Notes under the pieces: model-generated
Seen by the model: the letters and a program-made list of their open reading frames with translations, nothing else
Told to the model about the DNA's origin: nothing
The model's database searches: none
Position numbers and translations under genes: made by a program
NCBI GenBank assembly: GCA_964562705.1
Contig: CAZLUI010000001.1
Location: forward strand, 28,543 to 85,809
Length of the DNA: 57,267 bases
Origin: an uncultured Staphylococcaceae bacterium
GTDB lineage: Bacteria; Bacillota_I; Bacilli_A; RFN20; CAG-826
Direction: 5' to 3'
Shown here: in pieces, positions 43,878 to 55,430 of the stretch
Layout: each line of letters starts with the position of its first letter
Position numbering within the stretch: the first letter of the stretch is position 1

Positions 43878-46800
43878 ATGTTTGATGTAAAGAATTTAGC
43901 TTCTATCAAAGTAGGTCTTGCTTCTCCTGAAAGAATTCGTGAATGGTCACATGGTGAAGTTACAAAAGCCGAAACTATTAACTATCGTAGTCAAAAGCCA
44001 GAACCAGAAGGTCTCTTCTGTGAAAAGATCTTTGGTCCTAGCAAAGACTATGAATGTCATTGTGGTAAATATAAAAAGATTAAAGATGCTGGCCGCGTTT
44101 GTGAAAAATGTGGTGTTGAAGTCATCTCCAAAGACGTTCGTCGTGAACGTATGGGACATATCGAACTTGTTTCGCCATGTACTCATATTTGGTACCTTAA
44201 AGGTATTCCAAGTCGCATTGGTTTAATGCTTGATATTCCACCAAAACAAATTGAAGAAATCGTCTATTTTATTGCTCACATCTGTCTCAATCCAGGTAAC
44301 AGCAAGATCCTCAAGAAAAGTCAATTCTTAGATGAAAGACAAGCTCGTGAGGTATTTACAGCGGTTATTCAACAAGAAATTGTTCCAAGTCTACAACCTG
44401 ATAGTGTGGAAATGGAAAACGCCCAAAGACACATTGAGAATTTGGGCGACACATTAGAAGCGTTTGACTTCTTATCCGTTTCTAGATTCATTAGCCGTAA
44501 CACCGTCAACGAAAACGGTGAAGGAGCTGAATTTGGTGAAGGTGCCGCTGCTATCAAACGTTTACTACATGAAGTCAATCTTGAGGAAGAAGTAAAGAAA
44601 GTTGGTTTAGAAATTGCCAACGCTACTGGCCAAAAACGTGCTAAATTAATCAAACGATTAGAAGCACTCGAAGCCTTCAAAAACTCCGATAATAAGCCAG
44701 AATGGATGGTTCTTGATGTTATTCCTGTAATACCACCAGATCTTCGTCCAATGCTTCAACTTGATGGCGGACGTTTTGCGGCTAGTGACTTGAATGATCT
44801 TTATCGTCGTGTCATTACTCGTAATGCTCGTTTGAAAAAGATGATTGACTTAAACGCTCCTAACGTCATTCTCATGAATGGTCGTCGTATGCTTCAAGAA
44901 GCTGTCGATGCTTTGATTGATAATGGTCGTCGTAACAAACCTGTTCAAGGAGCAAGTGGTCGTCCACTTAAATCCTTAAGCTCGAGCTTAAAGGGCAAAC
45001 AAGGTCGCTTTAGACAAAACCTTCTTGGCAAACGTGTCGACTATTCTGGTCGTTCTGTTATTGCTGTTGGTCCAGATCTAAAGATGTACCAATGTGGTTT
45101 ACCACGTGAAATGGCTATTAAGTTATTAAAGCCTTATATTATCAACATTCTTATTAAGAGAGGTTTTGCTACCGCTCATAAGACCGCTGAAAAGTTCATT
45201 GATCACTATGACCCGATTGTCTATGACATCGTTGAAGAAATTATTGGAGATCATCCAGTTCTTCTAAACCGTGCTCCTACCCTTCACCGTCTTGGTATTC
45301 AAGCTTTCCAACCTAAACTTGTTGAAGGTCGCGCCATTCGTCTTCACCCATTAGTTTGTGCTGGATTCAACGCCGACTTTGATGGTGACCAGATGGCTGT
45401 TCACCTCCCATTATGTAAGGAAGCTCAACAAGAAGCTCTCGAGCTCATGCTCGCTTCAAATAACATCCTTGGTCCTAAAGATGGAAAACCAATTGTTACT
45501 CCATCTCAAGACATGGTTCTTGGTAACTATTACCTAACCTTAGAAGAAACTAAAGAAGCTCTTCTTGCTCGTGCCAGTCGCCGCAAAGCAAAAGGCGATA
45601 ATGAAGAATATGAACTATTCGAAATTTATGGAAATGCCGAAGGCAAAGTCTTCCGTAGCATCGACGAAGTGATTCTTGCTTACCAAACTAAACAAGCTCA
45701 CTTACACACTCGTATTGCTATTCGTGGTTCCGCTTTGAATAAACTCGGATTCACTGAAGAGATGAATAACTCCTACCTCATCACAACTGTTGGTAAAGTC
45801 TTATTCAACCTTATTTTCCCTGCAGATTTCCCATATTTGAATGATTCAAAGAAAGAAAACCTCAAAGGAGATTTAATGGAATTCTTCGTTCCACGTGGAA
45901 CTGACATTAAGTCATACATTCATGATCTCCCACTTCGTTCACCATTCAAGAAGAAAGATCTTGAACATATCATCGATGAAATTTATCACCGTTATGGTAC
46001 TTCAAAGACTTCCGCCGTCTTGGACAAGATGAAAGACCAAGGTTTCAAATATTCAACCTGTGCCGGATTTACAATTTCTCTCAGCGATGTCCCTGTTATC
46101 AAAGGTAAAGAAGAAATCATTTCTGAAGGTGATATAAAAGTTGAAAAACTTAACGCCTTATATGAAAAAGGTCTTCTTACTAAAGAAGAACACCACAAAG
46201 AAATTTGTCGTGTTTGGGAAAACGTTAAGTCAGTTGTAACTAAAAAACTATCTGATCAATTTGAAAAAGATAGACGTAACCCAATCTTCATGATGTCTGA
46301 CTCAGGCGCTCGTGGAAGCATTGGTAACTTAACTCAGTTATCAGGTATTCGTGGTTTGATGCAGAACCCTAAAGGTGAAACAATTGAACTCCCGATTAAA
46401 TCCTGTTTCCGTGAAGGTATGACTGTTGCTGAGTACTTCATTGCTACTCACGGTGCTCGTAAAGGTGGTGCTGATACCGCCCTTAAGACCGCTGACTCTG
46501 GCTATTTGACTAGACGTCTTGTTGATGTCAGCCAAGATGTCATTGTTCGTGAAGAAGATTGTCACACCGACCATGGTTTTGTAGTCAAAGATATTATTGA
46601 TTCCAAGAAAAACATTGTCGTCGTGCCTTTATACGATCGACTCGTTGGTCGTTTCTCATTAAACGAGATTATTGATTCAAATGGTGAGATATTAGTTCCT
46701 GCCAATACATTAATTGACGAAAAAGCTGCTGACACGGTTGTCAAAGCTGGCATCAAAGAAGTTGAGATTCGTTCTCTCTTCGGTTGCGAAACCAAAAATG

Positions 46801-47753
46801 GTGTCTGTGTCCATTGTTATGGACGTAACCTTGCCACTGGCGAAGTCGTTAAGCTTGGAGAAGCCGTTGGAATTATGGCTGCTCAATCCATTGGTGAACC
46901 TGGTACACAATTAACAATGCGTACGTTCAACTCTGGTGGTGTTGCTGGAAGCGATATTACTGGTGGTCTTCCAAGAGTTCAAGAACTTGTTGAAGCTCGT
47001 AATCCAAAAGGTGAAGCTCTCATTTCTGAAATCTCTGGCAAGGTCGCAGAAGTCGAAGAAAATGGTGGAAAATATACCTTCATCGTTAAAAATGATCTTG
47101 AAGAAAAATCATTCACCTCAGTTTATGGTGCACACGCAGACGTAAGAGTTGGCGATGAAATTAAAGCTGGTAGCAGACTTACTAAAGGCGCTATCGCTCC
47201 TAAGAAACTTCTCGAAGTCTCAACTGCAACTGAAACTGAGAACTATATGCTTCAAGAGATTCAAATGGTTTATCGTGATCAAAATATTAATATTTCCGAT
47301 AAACACCTTGAAGTTATCATTCGTCAAATGCTCAAGAAAGTCGTTATCATCGATTCTGGTGATACTGATATGATCCCAGGCACAAAGATGGATACTGATG
47401 AATTCACAGCCAGAAACGCGGAAGCAATCATCACTGGAAAACATCCAGCTGTTGCTACCCAATTGATTCTTGGTATTACCAAAGCTGCTCTAGAAACAAA
47501 ATCGTTCCTCTCAGCCGCTTCCTTCCAGGAAACAACTCGTGTTCTCACTGATGCATCTATCAAAGCTAAGAGCGATCCACTCCACGGTTTAAAAGAAAAC
47601 GTCATTACTGGTAAACTTATTCCAGCTGGTGATGGTTTGTTAAGCGAAGAAGAAGCGGAAGCTCATGCCGCGAACTTCACCGTTGCTGAAAAGATGAAAG
47701 AAGTCAAACAGCAATATATTGAAGCTCACGATCGTCCTGACGAAGTTGAATAG
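43878..47753 (+). CDS. rpoC: DNA-directed RNA polymerase subunit beta'
   Basis: Zn-binding CHCGKYK...[20 protein letters not shown] catalytic motif, and trigger loop/bridge helix segments. RBS AAGGAGG. Confidence 0.97.
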   Translation: MFDVKNLASIKVGLASPERIREWSHGEVTKAETINYRSQKPEPEGLFCEKIFGPSKDYECHCGKYKKIKDAGRVCEKCGVEVISKDVRRERMGHIELVSPCTHIWYLKGIPSRIGLMLDIPPKQIEEIVYFIAHICLNPGNSKILKKSQFLDERQAREVFTAVIQQEIVPSLQPDSVEMENAQRHIENLGDTLEAFDFLSVSRFISRNTVNENGEGAEFGEGAAAIKRLLHEVNLEEEVKKVGLEIANATGQKRAKLIKRLEALEAFKNSDNKPEWMVLDVIPVIPPDLRPMLQLDGGRFAASDLNDLYRRVITRNARLKKMIDLNAPNVILMNGRRMLQEAVDALIDNGRRNKPVQGASGRPLKSLSSSLKGKQGRFRQNLLGKRVDYSGRSVIAVGPDLKMYQCGLPREMAIKLLKPYIINILIKRGFATAHKTAEKFIDHYDPIVYDIVEEIIGDHPVLLNRAPTLHRLGIQAFQPKLVEGRAIRLHPLVCAGFNADFDGDQMAVHLPLCKEAQQEALELMLASNNILGPKDGKPIVTPSQDMVLGNYYLTLEETKEALLARASRRKAKGDNEEYELFEIYGNAEGKVFRSIDEVILAYQTKQAHLHTRIAIRGSALNKLGFTEEMNNSYLITTVGKVLFNLIFPADFPYLNDSKKENLKGDLMEFFVPRGTDIKSYIHDLPLRSPFKKKDLEHIIDEIYHRYGTSKTSAVLDKMKDQGFKYSTCAGFTISLSDVPVIKGKEEIISEGDIKVEKLNALYEKGLLTKEEHHKEICRVWENVKSVVTKKLSDQFEKDRRNPIFMMSDSGARGSIGNLTQLSGIRGLMQNPKGETIELPIKSCFREGMTVAEYFIATHGARKGGADTALKTADSGYLTRRLVDVSQDVIVREEDCHTDHGFVVKDIIDSKKNIVVVPLYDRLVGRFSLNEIIDSNGEILVPANTLIDEKAADTVVKAGIKEVEIRSLFGCETKNGVCVHCYGRNLATGEVVKLGEAVGIMAAQSIGEPGTQLTMRTFNSGGVAGSDITGGLPRVQELVEARNPKGEALISEISGKVAEVEENGGKYTFIVKNDLEEKSFTSVYGAHADVRVGDEIKAGSRLTKGAIAPKKLLEVSTATETENYMLQEIQMVYRDQNINISDKHLEVIIRQMLKKVVIIDSGDTDMIPGTKMDTDEFTARNAEAIITGKHPAVATQLILGITKAALETKSFLSAASFQETTRVLTDASIKAKSDPLHGLKENVITGKLIPAGDGLLSEEEAEAHAANFTVAEKMKEVKQQYIEAHDRPDEVE

Positions 47754-47770
47754 TCTTCAAAATTAATAGG

Positions 47771-47799
47771 AAGTGCTGCTAGCAATAGTGGCACTTTTT
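47771..47799 (+). terminator. Rho-independent terminator after rpoC
   Basis: Approximately 11-bp stem (AAGTGCTGCTA / TAGTGGCACTT, two G-U pairs), GCAA loop, T-run. Confidence 0.7.
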
Positions 47800-47936
47800 A
47801 TTTATAAAGTAGCCAACAAGGTTTAATGATACCAATTGGTTGCTAACTTAGTTTATTTGAATGAAAAATTATAAGTTTTTATTGTTGTTATCTTATAACA
47901 TTGTTGCTAGAATATACCAAATTGGAGGATTAATAT

Positions 47937-49652
47937 ATGAAATCGAAAAAATTAATCACAATGGTAGCTCTACTCCCTCTTATCGCAGGAGTTACAAGCT
48001 GCTCAGAGAATCCTTCGCCTGATAATCAGCGTAAGTTTCATGATAAAGAAGAAACTATCACGATGACGCAAGTTATCAAAGATGGTGAAAAACAAGGATA
48101 TCCTGCCCCATCAACCGGAGATACAAAAGTATTTGTTGTTCCAGTACAATTCACCGATTATAAAGCTGAAGATATCGGAAAATTATATAACTCTGAAATT
48201 GATAGCAAAGCGAACACAGCCTTAAAACACTTTAAAGAAGATGGAGTCACTCCAGCAGGAAGTGGTAGAGGTGCTGAAAACGCTCGTGAAGATATCAGAA
48301 AAGCATATTTTGGTGATGAAGAAGACACAACTTGGCATTCCTTAAAAAGCTATTACAAATCATCAAGTTATGGAAAACTAAACTTTAATGGTTTGGTTGC
48401 TAACTGGATTTATGCTTTTACTAATCCTGAAACATATAAACCAGTATCAGCTAAAGAATTTAAAGATATGAAATGCACTGCCGACATTTTGGCTCAATAC
48501 CTTCTTTCATATTATTCTGATGACGGTATGGCCAAATATAACGAATTCAAAAATGAAGATGGATCACCAATGTTTAATAGCGGTACTGAATTCTTAAAGT
48601 ATTTCGATTCTAACTCTGATGGTTGCTTTGACGTTATTGAAATGGTTTATAGCGCCCCTTACTACGCTACATATGAAAACACAGATGGAAAAGATGTGGC
48701 TATCGATAATAAGATGTTCTGGGCTTATTGCGGTGGAACAGGCACTAATGGCAACAAAGAAAAACCAAAATTATCTAAATGGGCTTTCCAATCCTATTAC
48801 ACCACTGTTGAAGGTGGCGTTCGTGATGGAAATAATTGGAGACCTTGGACATGTGAAGAAATTTCAACTGGCGTTGCCAAAGTTGATGCTCACACCATTG
48901 TCCATGAAACCGGTCATGCTCTTGGGCTTCCAGACTATTATGACTATGACTATAAACGTTCACCTGCTTGTGGTGTTGATATGATGGACCATAACGTTGG
49001 CGACCATAACTCTTATTCTAAGAGCCTCTATGGTTGGACCGATCCAATCGTAGTTACTGGACCAACTGAAGTTAGTGTTAGATCATTCACCGATACTGGT
49101 GATTGCATCATGGTTCCTTATCGTGGTTATTGGAAGGACAATGAAAAATATGGGAATACATTTTTTACTGAATACTTAGCTATTGAGCTTTATACTCCGA
49201 CTGGAGTAAACAAAGCCGATAGTGAGCATCCATATCAAAATGCTTACCCACTTTGTCCAAGTGATGTTGGTATCAAGGTCTATCACATTGACTCCCGTAT
49301 TGGTATTTATGACCATAAAACATCAAGAACATTTGTAGGCTATACCGATTCCATTGTTAATACTGAATCTGCCCAATATGTTATGCGTGCAAACAGCAAC
49401 ACCCTTTCCGAAACCATTAAGACCAAAGTCAATGGTAAAGAAAGAGTAAACTGGCTACTTGAATACTTGGGTAAAGATGACAAAGTCTCTACATCTGTAG
49501 TCGCTAACGATAATCTCTTCAAAGAAGGCGATACATTCGGTTATGATACCTATAGCGGTTATCAATTCAACAGTGGTAAGTCATTTGGCTATAAATTTGA
49601 AATCAATTCATTATCAGCTGAAGGAGCCACTATCACTTTCTATCAAGCATAA
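47937..49652 (+). CDS. Lipoprotein zinc metalloprotease (HExxH; M6/InhA-like)
   Basis: Signal/lipobox MKSKKLITMVALLPLIAGVTS-C. TIVHETGHALGLPDYYDYDY resembles the M6 motif HE.GHDLGLPDEYD, and VFVVPVQFTDY resembles the N-terminal M6 strand. The family call was not verified. Confidence 0.65.
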   Translation: MKSKKLITMVALLPLIAGVTSCSENPSPDNQRKFHDKEETITMTQVIKDGEKQGYPAPSTGDTKVFVVPVQFTDYKAEDIGKLYNSEIDSKANTALKHFKEDGVTPAGSGRGAENAREDIRKAYFGDEEDTTWHSLKSYYKSSSYGKLNFNGLVANWIYAFTNPETYKPVSAKEFKDMKCTADILAQYLLSYYSDDGMAKYNEFKNEDGSPMFNSGTEFLKYFDSNSDGCFDVIEMVYSAPYYATYENTDGKDVAIDNKMFWAYCGGTGTNGNKEKPKLSKWAFQSYYTTVEGGVRDGNNWRPWTCEEISTGVAKVDAHTIVHETGHALGLPDYYDYDYKRSPACGVDMMDHNVGDHNSYSKSLYGWTDPIVVTGPTEVSVRSFTDTGDCIMVPYRGYWKDNEKYGNTFFTEYLAIELYTPTGVNKADSEHPYQNAYPLCPSDVGIKVYHIDSRIGIYDHKTSRTFVGYTDSIVNTESAQYVMRANSNTLSETIKTKVNGKERVNWLLEYLGKDDKVSTSVVANDNLFKEGDTFGYDTYSGYQFNSGKSFGYKFEINSLSAEGATITFYQA

Positions 49653-49666
49653 TCAATCTGCTTACT

Positions 49667-49692
49667 AAGCCATCCAGTTGGGTGGCTTTTTT
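49667..49692 (+). terminator. Rho-independent terminator after the protease gene
   Basis: 8-bp stem AGCCATCC / GGGTGGCT (one G-U), AGTT loop, TTTTTT. Confidence 0.75.
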
Positions 49693-49718
49693 CATATCAA
49701 ACAAAATAAAAATTTTTA

Positions 49719-49747
49719 TTGACTGATAAATTTAGGTTTGATATTAT
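49719..49747 (+). promoter_or_regulatory. Candidate sigma-A promoter for rpsL-rpsG-fusA(-tuf) with an A/T-rich UP-like element
   Basis: TTGACT (49719-49724), a 17-nt spacer, then TATTAT (49742-49747), preceded by AAAATAAAAATTTTTA. A ~100-nt leader contains the hairpin GACCC-TTA-GGGTC. Confidence 0.6.
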
Positions 49748-49851
49748 TAACAACGGATGTACACGACCCTTAGGGTCTTATTATTTACGGATAATAAAGA
49801 CACGCCGGGAAATGTGTGCACAAATAGGATTCATTGAAAGGAGGACAATCA

Positions 49852-50271
49852 ATGCCAACTATTAACCAACTAGTTAAAAATGGTCGTTCCCGTGCTGAGA
49901 AGAAATCGAAATGTCCAGCTCTAGGTAAAAGATGGAATTCTTTACTTAGTCGCGAAACTGATCAACCTTCAGCTCAAAAAAGAGGAGTTTGCACTCGTGT
50001 CGGTACTATGACACCTAAGAAACCAAACTCAGCTCTTCGCAAATACGCTCGTGTTCGCTTATCAAACGGATATGAAGTCACGGCCTACATTGGTGGTGAA
50101 GGACATAACCTACAAGAGCACTCCACAGTTATCATTCGTGGTGGACGTGTAAAAGACTTACCAGGTGTTCGTTATCACATCGTGCGCGGAACTCTCGACT
50201 GCGCAGGTATTGAATCAAGACGTCAAGGACGTTCTCAATACGGTACCAAAAAGCCGAAAGCCGCAAATTAA
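49852..50271 (+). CDS. rpsL: 30S ribosomal protein S12
   Basis: MPTINQL..., [45 protein letters not shown] and [20 protein letters not shown] 49852 follows AAAGGAGG. Confidence 0.97.
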   Translation: MPTINQLVKNGRSRAEKKSKCPALGKRWNSLLSRETDQPSAQKRGVCTRVGTMTPKKPNSALRKYARVRLSNGYEVTAYIGGEGHNLQEHSTVIIRGGRVKDLPGVRYHIVRGTLDCAGIESRRQGRSQYGTKKPKAAN

Positions 50272-50304
50272 TAACGAAACATATTTTAGAAAGGAGATTA
50301 CAAT

Positions 50305-50775
50305 ATGCCACGTAAAGGAAGCGTTGCAAAACGTGAAGTATTACCTGATCCAATTTATAGTTCAAAATTGGTCACACGTTTAATTAACCGCATCATGATT
50401 GATGGTAAAAGAGGCACTGCCCAAACCATTCTTTATAACGCGTTTAAGACAATTGAAAAGAAATCTGGCAAACCTGCCATGGACGTCTTTGCAACAGCTA
50501 TTAACAATATTATGCCAGAAGTCGAACTTAAAGTTCGTCGTATTGGCGCAGCCAACTACCAAGTTCCAGTTGAAGTTACTGTCGAAAGAAAAACAACTCT
50601 TGGACTTCGTTGGTTAGTCACCTATGCCCGTTTAAGAAACGAAAAAACAATGGAAGATAAACTTGCCAATGAAATTATCGATGCTGCAAACGGTACCGGT
50701 GCATCCGTTAAGAAAAGGGAGGATACGCATAAGATGGCTGAAGCCAATAAGGCGTATGCTCACTATCGCTGGTAG
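50305..50775 (+). CDS. rpsG: 30S ribosomal protein S7
   Basis: MPRKG....R.VLPDP.Y.S.LVT.LIN..M.DGKR..A, with a C-terminal [19 protein letters not shown]. Confidence 0.97.
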   Translation: MPRKGSVAKREVLPDPIYSSKLVTRLINRIMIDGKRGTAQTILYNAFKTIEKKSGKPAMDVFATAINNIMPEVELKVRRIGAANYQVPVEVTVERKTTLGLRWLVTYARLRNEKTMEDKLANEIIDAANGTGASVKKREDTHKMAEANKAYAHYRW

Positions 50776-50786
50776 GAATTAAAGCT

Positions 50787-52865
50787 ATGTCACGTGAATA
50801 TGATTTAGCTCACACCAGAAATATCGGCGTCATGGCCCACATTGATGCTGGTAAAACTACTACTACAGAAAGAATTCTTTATTACACAGGAAAAATCCAC
50901 AAAATTGGTGAGACTCACGAAGGTGCAGCAACCATGGACTGGATGGCCCAAGAACAAGAAAGAGGTATCACAATTACCTCTGCTGCTACCACAGCTTTCT
51001 GGAAGGGCAACAGAATTAACATTATCGACACTCCGGGGCACGTTGACTTCACCGTTGAAGTTGAACGTTCACTTCGTGTTCTCGATGGTGCTGTTACTGT
51101 TCTCGATGGAAAAAATGGTGTTGAACCACAAACAGAAACTGTTTGGAGACAAGGTTCCAAATACGGCGTTCCACGTATCGTCTTTGTTAACAAACTAGAC
51201 GCTATCGGCGCTGACTTTGATATGTGTGTTGCTTCTCTTCATGAACGTCTAGCCGCTAATGCTGAAGCTGTCCAATATCCAATCGGACTTGAAAACAACT
51301 TCATTGGCGTCATCGACATCATCGAAAGAAAAGCTTGGATGTATCATACCGATAAGGATGAAGCTCCAACTGAAGGCGAAATTCCTGAAGAATATAAAGC
51401 AAAAGTAGAAACTCTTCATCAAAAATTATTGGAAGCTTTAGCTGCCTTTGATGATGAATTAATGATGTTAGTCTTAGATGGCCAACAAGCCCCTATTGAC
51501 TTAATCAAAAAGACGATTCGTAAAGCCGTTTTAACTGGTGAATTCTTCCCAGTCTTCTGTGGCTCTGCGTATAAGAATAAAGGTATTCAATTATTACTTG
51601 ATGGTGTCATCGACTACCTTCCAAGTCCAACTGATATTCCTGAAGCTGTCGGTGAAGACGAATATGGAAAGAAAGTTGCCTGTATTCCAGAAGACGATCA
51701 ACCACTTCGTGCCTTAGCATTCAAGATTGCTACAGACCCATTCATCGGCCGTCTAGCCTATGTCCGTATTTATAGCGGAACTTTAAAATCAGGTTCGTAT
51801 GTCCTCAATTCAACAAAAGGCACCAAAGAGCGTATCGCTCGTGTCGTCTTAATGCACTCGAATCATAGACAAGAAGTTGACGCGCTACACGCCGGTGATA
51901 TCGGCACAGTTGTCGGACTTAAAAATACAACTACAGGTGATACCCTTTGTGATGAGAATAATCCATTAATTCTTGAAAGAATGGAATTCCCAGAACCAGT
52001 TATTGAAGAAGCGGTTGAACCAAAATCAAAAGCTGACCAAGAAAAGATGGGCATCGCCCTTTCTAAATTGGCCGAAGAAGATCCAACCTTCAAAGTACAC
52101 ACAAATGCTGAGACAGGTCAGACCATTATCGCCGGTGTTGGTGAACTTCACCTTGATGTCTTAGTTGATCGTATGCGTCGTGAATTCGGCGTTCAAGTCA
52201 ACGTTGGTACTCCACAAGTCGGATATCGTGAGACAATTCGTCGAACAGCCGAATGTGAAGGTAAGTACATTAAACAATCTGGTGGTCGTGGACAATATGG
52301 TCACGTTTGGATTAGATTTGAACCTAATCCAGGCAAAGGCTTCGAATTCGTCGACGCCGTTGTCGGTGGAAGTGTTCCAAGAGAATTCATTCGCCCAACT
52401 GAAGATGGACTTGAAGATGCTCTCAACAGAGGTCTTGTTGCTGGTTTCCCAGTAATTGACATCAAAGCCACATTATTTGATGGATCTAGCCACGATGTTG
52501 ATAGTAGTGAAGCTGCTTATAAGATCGCTGCTTCATTAGCCCTCAAAGAGGCTGCTAAGAAGTGCGACCCTGTAATCCTAGAACCTATTATGAAAATCGA
52601 AGTTACAGTTCCAGAACAATATTATGGTGATGTTATTGGTGATATCTCTCGTCGTAGAGGTAGCATGACTGGTGAATCACAAAGAGGTAACGCAAAAATC
52701 GTCGAAGCTGATGTACCATTAGCGGAAATGTTCGGTTACGTTACAGACCTACGTAGCTTTACCCAAGGTCGTGGAAACTACACAATGCAGTTCTCACGTT
52801 ATGGTGAATGTCCACGTTTCGTTCAAGATGAAATTATCAAAAAATCAGGAATGAGCAATAGATAA
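50787..52865 (+). CDS. fusA: Elongation factor G
   Basis: [51 protein letters not shown], and the domain IV/V segments. Confidence 0.97.
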   Translation: MSREYDLAHTRNIGVMAHIDAGKTTTTERILYYTGKIHKIGETHEGAATMDWMAQEQERGITITSAATTAFWKGNRINIIDTPGHVDFTVEVERSLRVLDGAVTVLDGKNGVEPQTETVWRQGSKYGVPRIVFVNKLDAIGADFDMCVASLHERLAANAEAVQYPIGLENNFIGVIDIIERKAWMYHTDKDEAPTEGEIPEEYKAKVETLHQKLLEALAAFDDELMMLVLDGQQAPIDLIKKTIRKAVLTGEFFPVFCGSAYKNKGIQLLLDGVIDYLPSPTDIPEAVGEDEYGKKVACIPEDDQPLRALAFKIATDPFIGRLAYVRIYSGTLKSGSYVLNSTKGTKERIARVVLMHSNHRQEVDALHAGDIGTVVGLKNTTTGDTLCDENNPLILERMEFPEPVIEEAVEPKSKADQEKMGIALSKLAEEDPTFKVHTNAETGQTIIAGVGELHLDVLVDRMRREFGVQVNVGTPQVGYRETIRRTAECEGKYIKQSGGRGQYGHVWIRFEPNPGKGFEFVDAVVGGSVPREFIRPTEDGLEDALNRGLVAGFPVIDIKATLFDGSSHDVDSSEAAYKIAASLALKEAAKKCDPVILEPIMKIEVTVPEQYYGDVIGDISRRRGSMTGESQRGNAKIVEADVPLAEMFGYVTDLRSFTQGRGNYTMQFSRYGECPRFVQDEIIKKSGMSNR

Positions 52866-52886
52866 TTTTGTCTAAACACTATTGTG

Positions 52887-52915
52887 TTGATTTATTAAAA
52901 TACTTGCTATATTAT
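52887..52915 (+). promoter_or_regulatory. Candidate internal promoter for tuf
   Basis: TTGATT (52887-52892), a 17-nt spacer, then TATTAT (52910-52915), within the 95-nt fusA-tuf spacer. Confidence 0.45.
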
Positions 52916-52960
52916 GATTTCGTTAGTTAACAAAACGAAACACAAGGAGGAAATTAATTT

Positions 52961-54139
52961 ATGGCAAAAGCAAAATTCGATAGAAGCAAACCACATTTAA
53001 ACATTGGTACTATCGGTCACGTCGACCATGGTAAAACCACTTTAACTGCTGCTATCACCCAATACCTTGCAACGCAAGGTGGAGCCGTGGCTACCGCATA
53101 CGATCAAATCGATGCCGCTCCTGAAGAAAAAGCCCGTGGTATTACTATTAATACATCTCATATTGAGTATCAGACCGCAAAACGTCACTATGCTCACGTT
53201 GACTGCCCGGGACACGCCGACTATGTTAAAAACATGATTACCGGTGCTGCCCAAATGGATGGTGCAATCTTAGTTGTTGCCGCCACCGATGGTGTTATGC
53301 CACAAACCCGTGAACACGTTTTACTTGCTCGTCAAGTTGGTGTTCCATACATTGTCGTCTTCTTAAACAAGACAGACTTAGTTGATGACCCAGAACTCAT
53401 CGACATCGTTGAAATGGAAGTTCGTGAACTTCTTTCTAAATACGGTTATCCAGGTGACACAGTCCCAGTTATCCGTGGTTCAGCAAAGTCAGTCCTCGAA
53501 GGTGGAGATTCAACCTGCATTAAAGAACTTATGGATGCAGTTGATACTTATATCCCACTTCCAACCCACGATAAAGACAAACCATTCCTTCTCCCAGTCG
53601 AAGATGTCATCACCATCACTGGTCGTGGCACAGTCGTCACTGGCAGAGTCGAACGTGGTGTTGTCAAACTAAACGATGAAGTTGAAATTATTGGTATTAA
53701 ACCAACCATCAAATCCATCGTCACTGGTCTTGAAATGTTCAGAAAGACTCTAGATTACGCGGAACCAGGAGATAACGTAGGTGTACTTCTCCGTGGTATC
53801 AACCGTGATCAAGTCGTCCGTGGTCAAGTTCTTGCCAAACCAGGAACCATTACTCCACATACCAAATTCACTGCTTCAGTCTACGTATTGAAGAAAGAAG
53901 AAGGTGGACGTCATACTTCATTCTTGAGCAACTATCGCCCACAATTCTATTTCAATACAACTGATATTACCGGTGTTATTACCCTTCCAGCAGGTGTTGA
54001 AATGGTTATGCCAGGAGATAACGTTGAACTCACAGTTGAACTTATTCACCCAGTCGCAATTGAAAAAGGAACCAAGTTCTCCATCCGTGAAGGTGGACGT
54101 ACAGTTGGATCCGGTTCAGTTACCGAAATTATCAAATAA
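52961..54139 (+). CDS. tuf: Elongation factor Tu
   Basis: [40 protein letters not shown] and NK.D; full-length and EF-Tu-like. RBS AAGGAGG. Confidence 0.98.
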   Translation: MAKAKFDRSKPHLNIGTIGHVDHGKTTLTAAITQYLATQGGAVATAYDQIDAAPEEKARGITINTSHIEYQTAKRHYAHVDCPGHADYVKNMITGAAQMDGAILVVAATDGVMPQTREHVLLARQVGVPYIVVFLNKTDLVDDPELIDIVEMEVRELLSKYGYPGDTVPVIRGSAKSVLEGGDSTCIKELMDAVDTYIPLPTHDKDKPFLLPVEDVITITGRGTVVTGRVERGVVKLNDEVEIIGIKPTIKSIVTGLEMFRKTLDYAEPGDNVGVLLRGINRDQVVRGQVLAKPGTITPHTKFTASVYVLKKEEGGRHTSFLSNYRPQFYFNTTDITGVITLPAGVEMVMPGDNVELTVELIHPVAIEKGTKFSIREGGRTVGSGSVTEIIK

Positions 54140-54156
54140 TTGTTCCACAATTAAAA

Positions 54157-54184
54157 ATAGGTCTCGTTCGAGGCCTATTTTTTT
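54157..54184 (+). terminator. Rho-independent terminator after tuf
   Basis: 9-bp stem ATAGGTCTC / GAGGCCTAT (one G-U), GTTC loop, T7 run, with an A-run upstream. Confidence 0.85.
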
Positions 54185-54230
54185 AACTTTTTATTTGCAA
54201 TTTGGTGATATTGCACGCAATATAGTTGTA

Positions 54231-55430
54231 ATGGCTACTTTAAATCGACAAACTTTACCAAGACATACAATTCTCGCTAAACAATCTTCAAGGGTTGGAG
54301 CCTTCTTTGTTGACCTTGCATTTTCATTACTATATTTCTTGGTTTTATTTTATGGTTGCTTTAATTTAGTTTTTTCTACTTGTTTCACTAATGAACTTGT
54401 TGCTGAACGTTCTACTTATGAATATAATTCTCATCTCGTTTATTATAACGATGTGAAAAAAACCTTAGATATTTATAAATCTAATGATGATTACACGGTG
54501 TTTGAAACACCTGTTAAATATTATTATTTTTCTTATCTTACAGGTGAAAATATTGATCTTCCAGAAAAGCCAGCTTATGAAGATAGCTACTATGCTTCGC
54601 CACTATGCAACAAGCCAATTGTCCTTGAAGATGGAAGTAAAGTTTTGCCAAAAGATTATTACAACGTTGCTTGGTATAACGAACACGTTCTTTTAATTGA
54701 AGGCGATTGGATTGATGACCCTGATAATGCAAAATCTATTTGCTTATTCACCTATCCTTACACGATAGAAACGGTGGATGGCGTAGAGACAAAAATATAC
54801 GACACAACTAAACTTGGTATTCCTCGAACGCAAGTATATGATGATGGAGCTTTAAGAGATGTTACTAGCACTGAACTTGCAAGACAATATTCACTTAAAT
54901 ATGAAGAAGCTTATTATCACCTAACTTCTCTCTCTTTTTATTATGATGTTTCTACTAAGATTAATTTTTATATGGGATTAAGTGCGATGATACCTATCAT
55001 TCTTGCTGGGGCAATAACCTATGTCATCATTCCTCTATTTATGAAAAATGGGGCAACAATTGGCAAGAAAATCTTTAAACTTGGCCTAGCTAATATGCAA
55101 GGTTTCAAAATGAAAAAATATCAGCTTTTAACTAGATTTATTCCATACTTTTTAACTTGCTTATGCGTTTTACTTATCACATATCAAAGCATATACATAT
55201 GCTTAATTATTGTCGCAGCGATGTTTTTATCTTCTTTTGCTGTTTCGATGGGCTCCCCGAAGAAATGCGCATTGCATGATTATACTGGACAAACTATTGT
55301 TATTGACGCGAAAGATTCAATTATTTTTGAGAATTATCTAACTGAAGAAGCTTATGCTTTGAAGGAAGAAAAAATTGACCAAGACCGTCTTGTTCAAGGA
55401 GAGGAGCCAGAACTAAAATATGAAAAATGA
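54231..55430 (+). CDS. RDD-family membrane protein with a large inserted extracytoplasmic domain (paralogue 1)
   Basis: RDD signature pieces: R-x3-A-x3-D (SRVGAFFVDLAF), GATIGKKIFKLGL and ALHDYTGQTIVI, with ~230 aa between TM1 and TM2. ATG 54231; the track ORF start at 53973 lies inside tuf. Confidence 0.7.
   Translation: MATLNRQTLPRHTILAKQSSRVGAFFVDLAFSLLYFLVLFYGCFNLVFSTCFTNELVAERSTYEYNSHLVYYNDVKKTLDIYKSNDDYTVFETPVKYYYFSYLTGENIDLPEKPAYEDSYYASPLCNKPIVLEDGSKVLPKDYYNVAWYNEHVLLIEGDWIDDPDNAKSICLFTYPYTIETVDGVETKIYDTTKLGIPRTQVYDDGALRDVTSTELARQYSLKYEEAYYHLTSLSFYYDVSTKINFYMGLSAMIPIILAGAITYVIIPLFMKNGATIGKKIFKLGLANMQGFKMKKYQLLTRFIPYFLTCLCVLLITYQSIYICLIIVAAMFLSSFAVSMGSPKKCALHDYTGQTIVIDAKDSIIFENYLTEEAYALKEEKIDQDRLVQGEEPELKYEK

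Noticed and set aside
53973-54230. N-terminal 86 codons of the 485-aa track ORF overlapping the end of tuf and its terminator
   Set aside because: It overlaps a highly conserved gene and a strong terminator, and the RDD motif begins right after ATG 54231.
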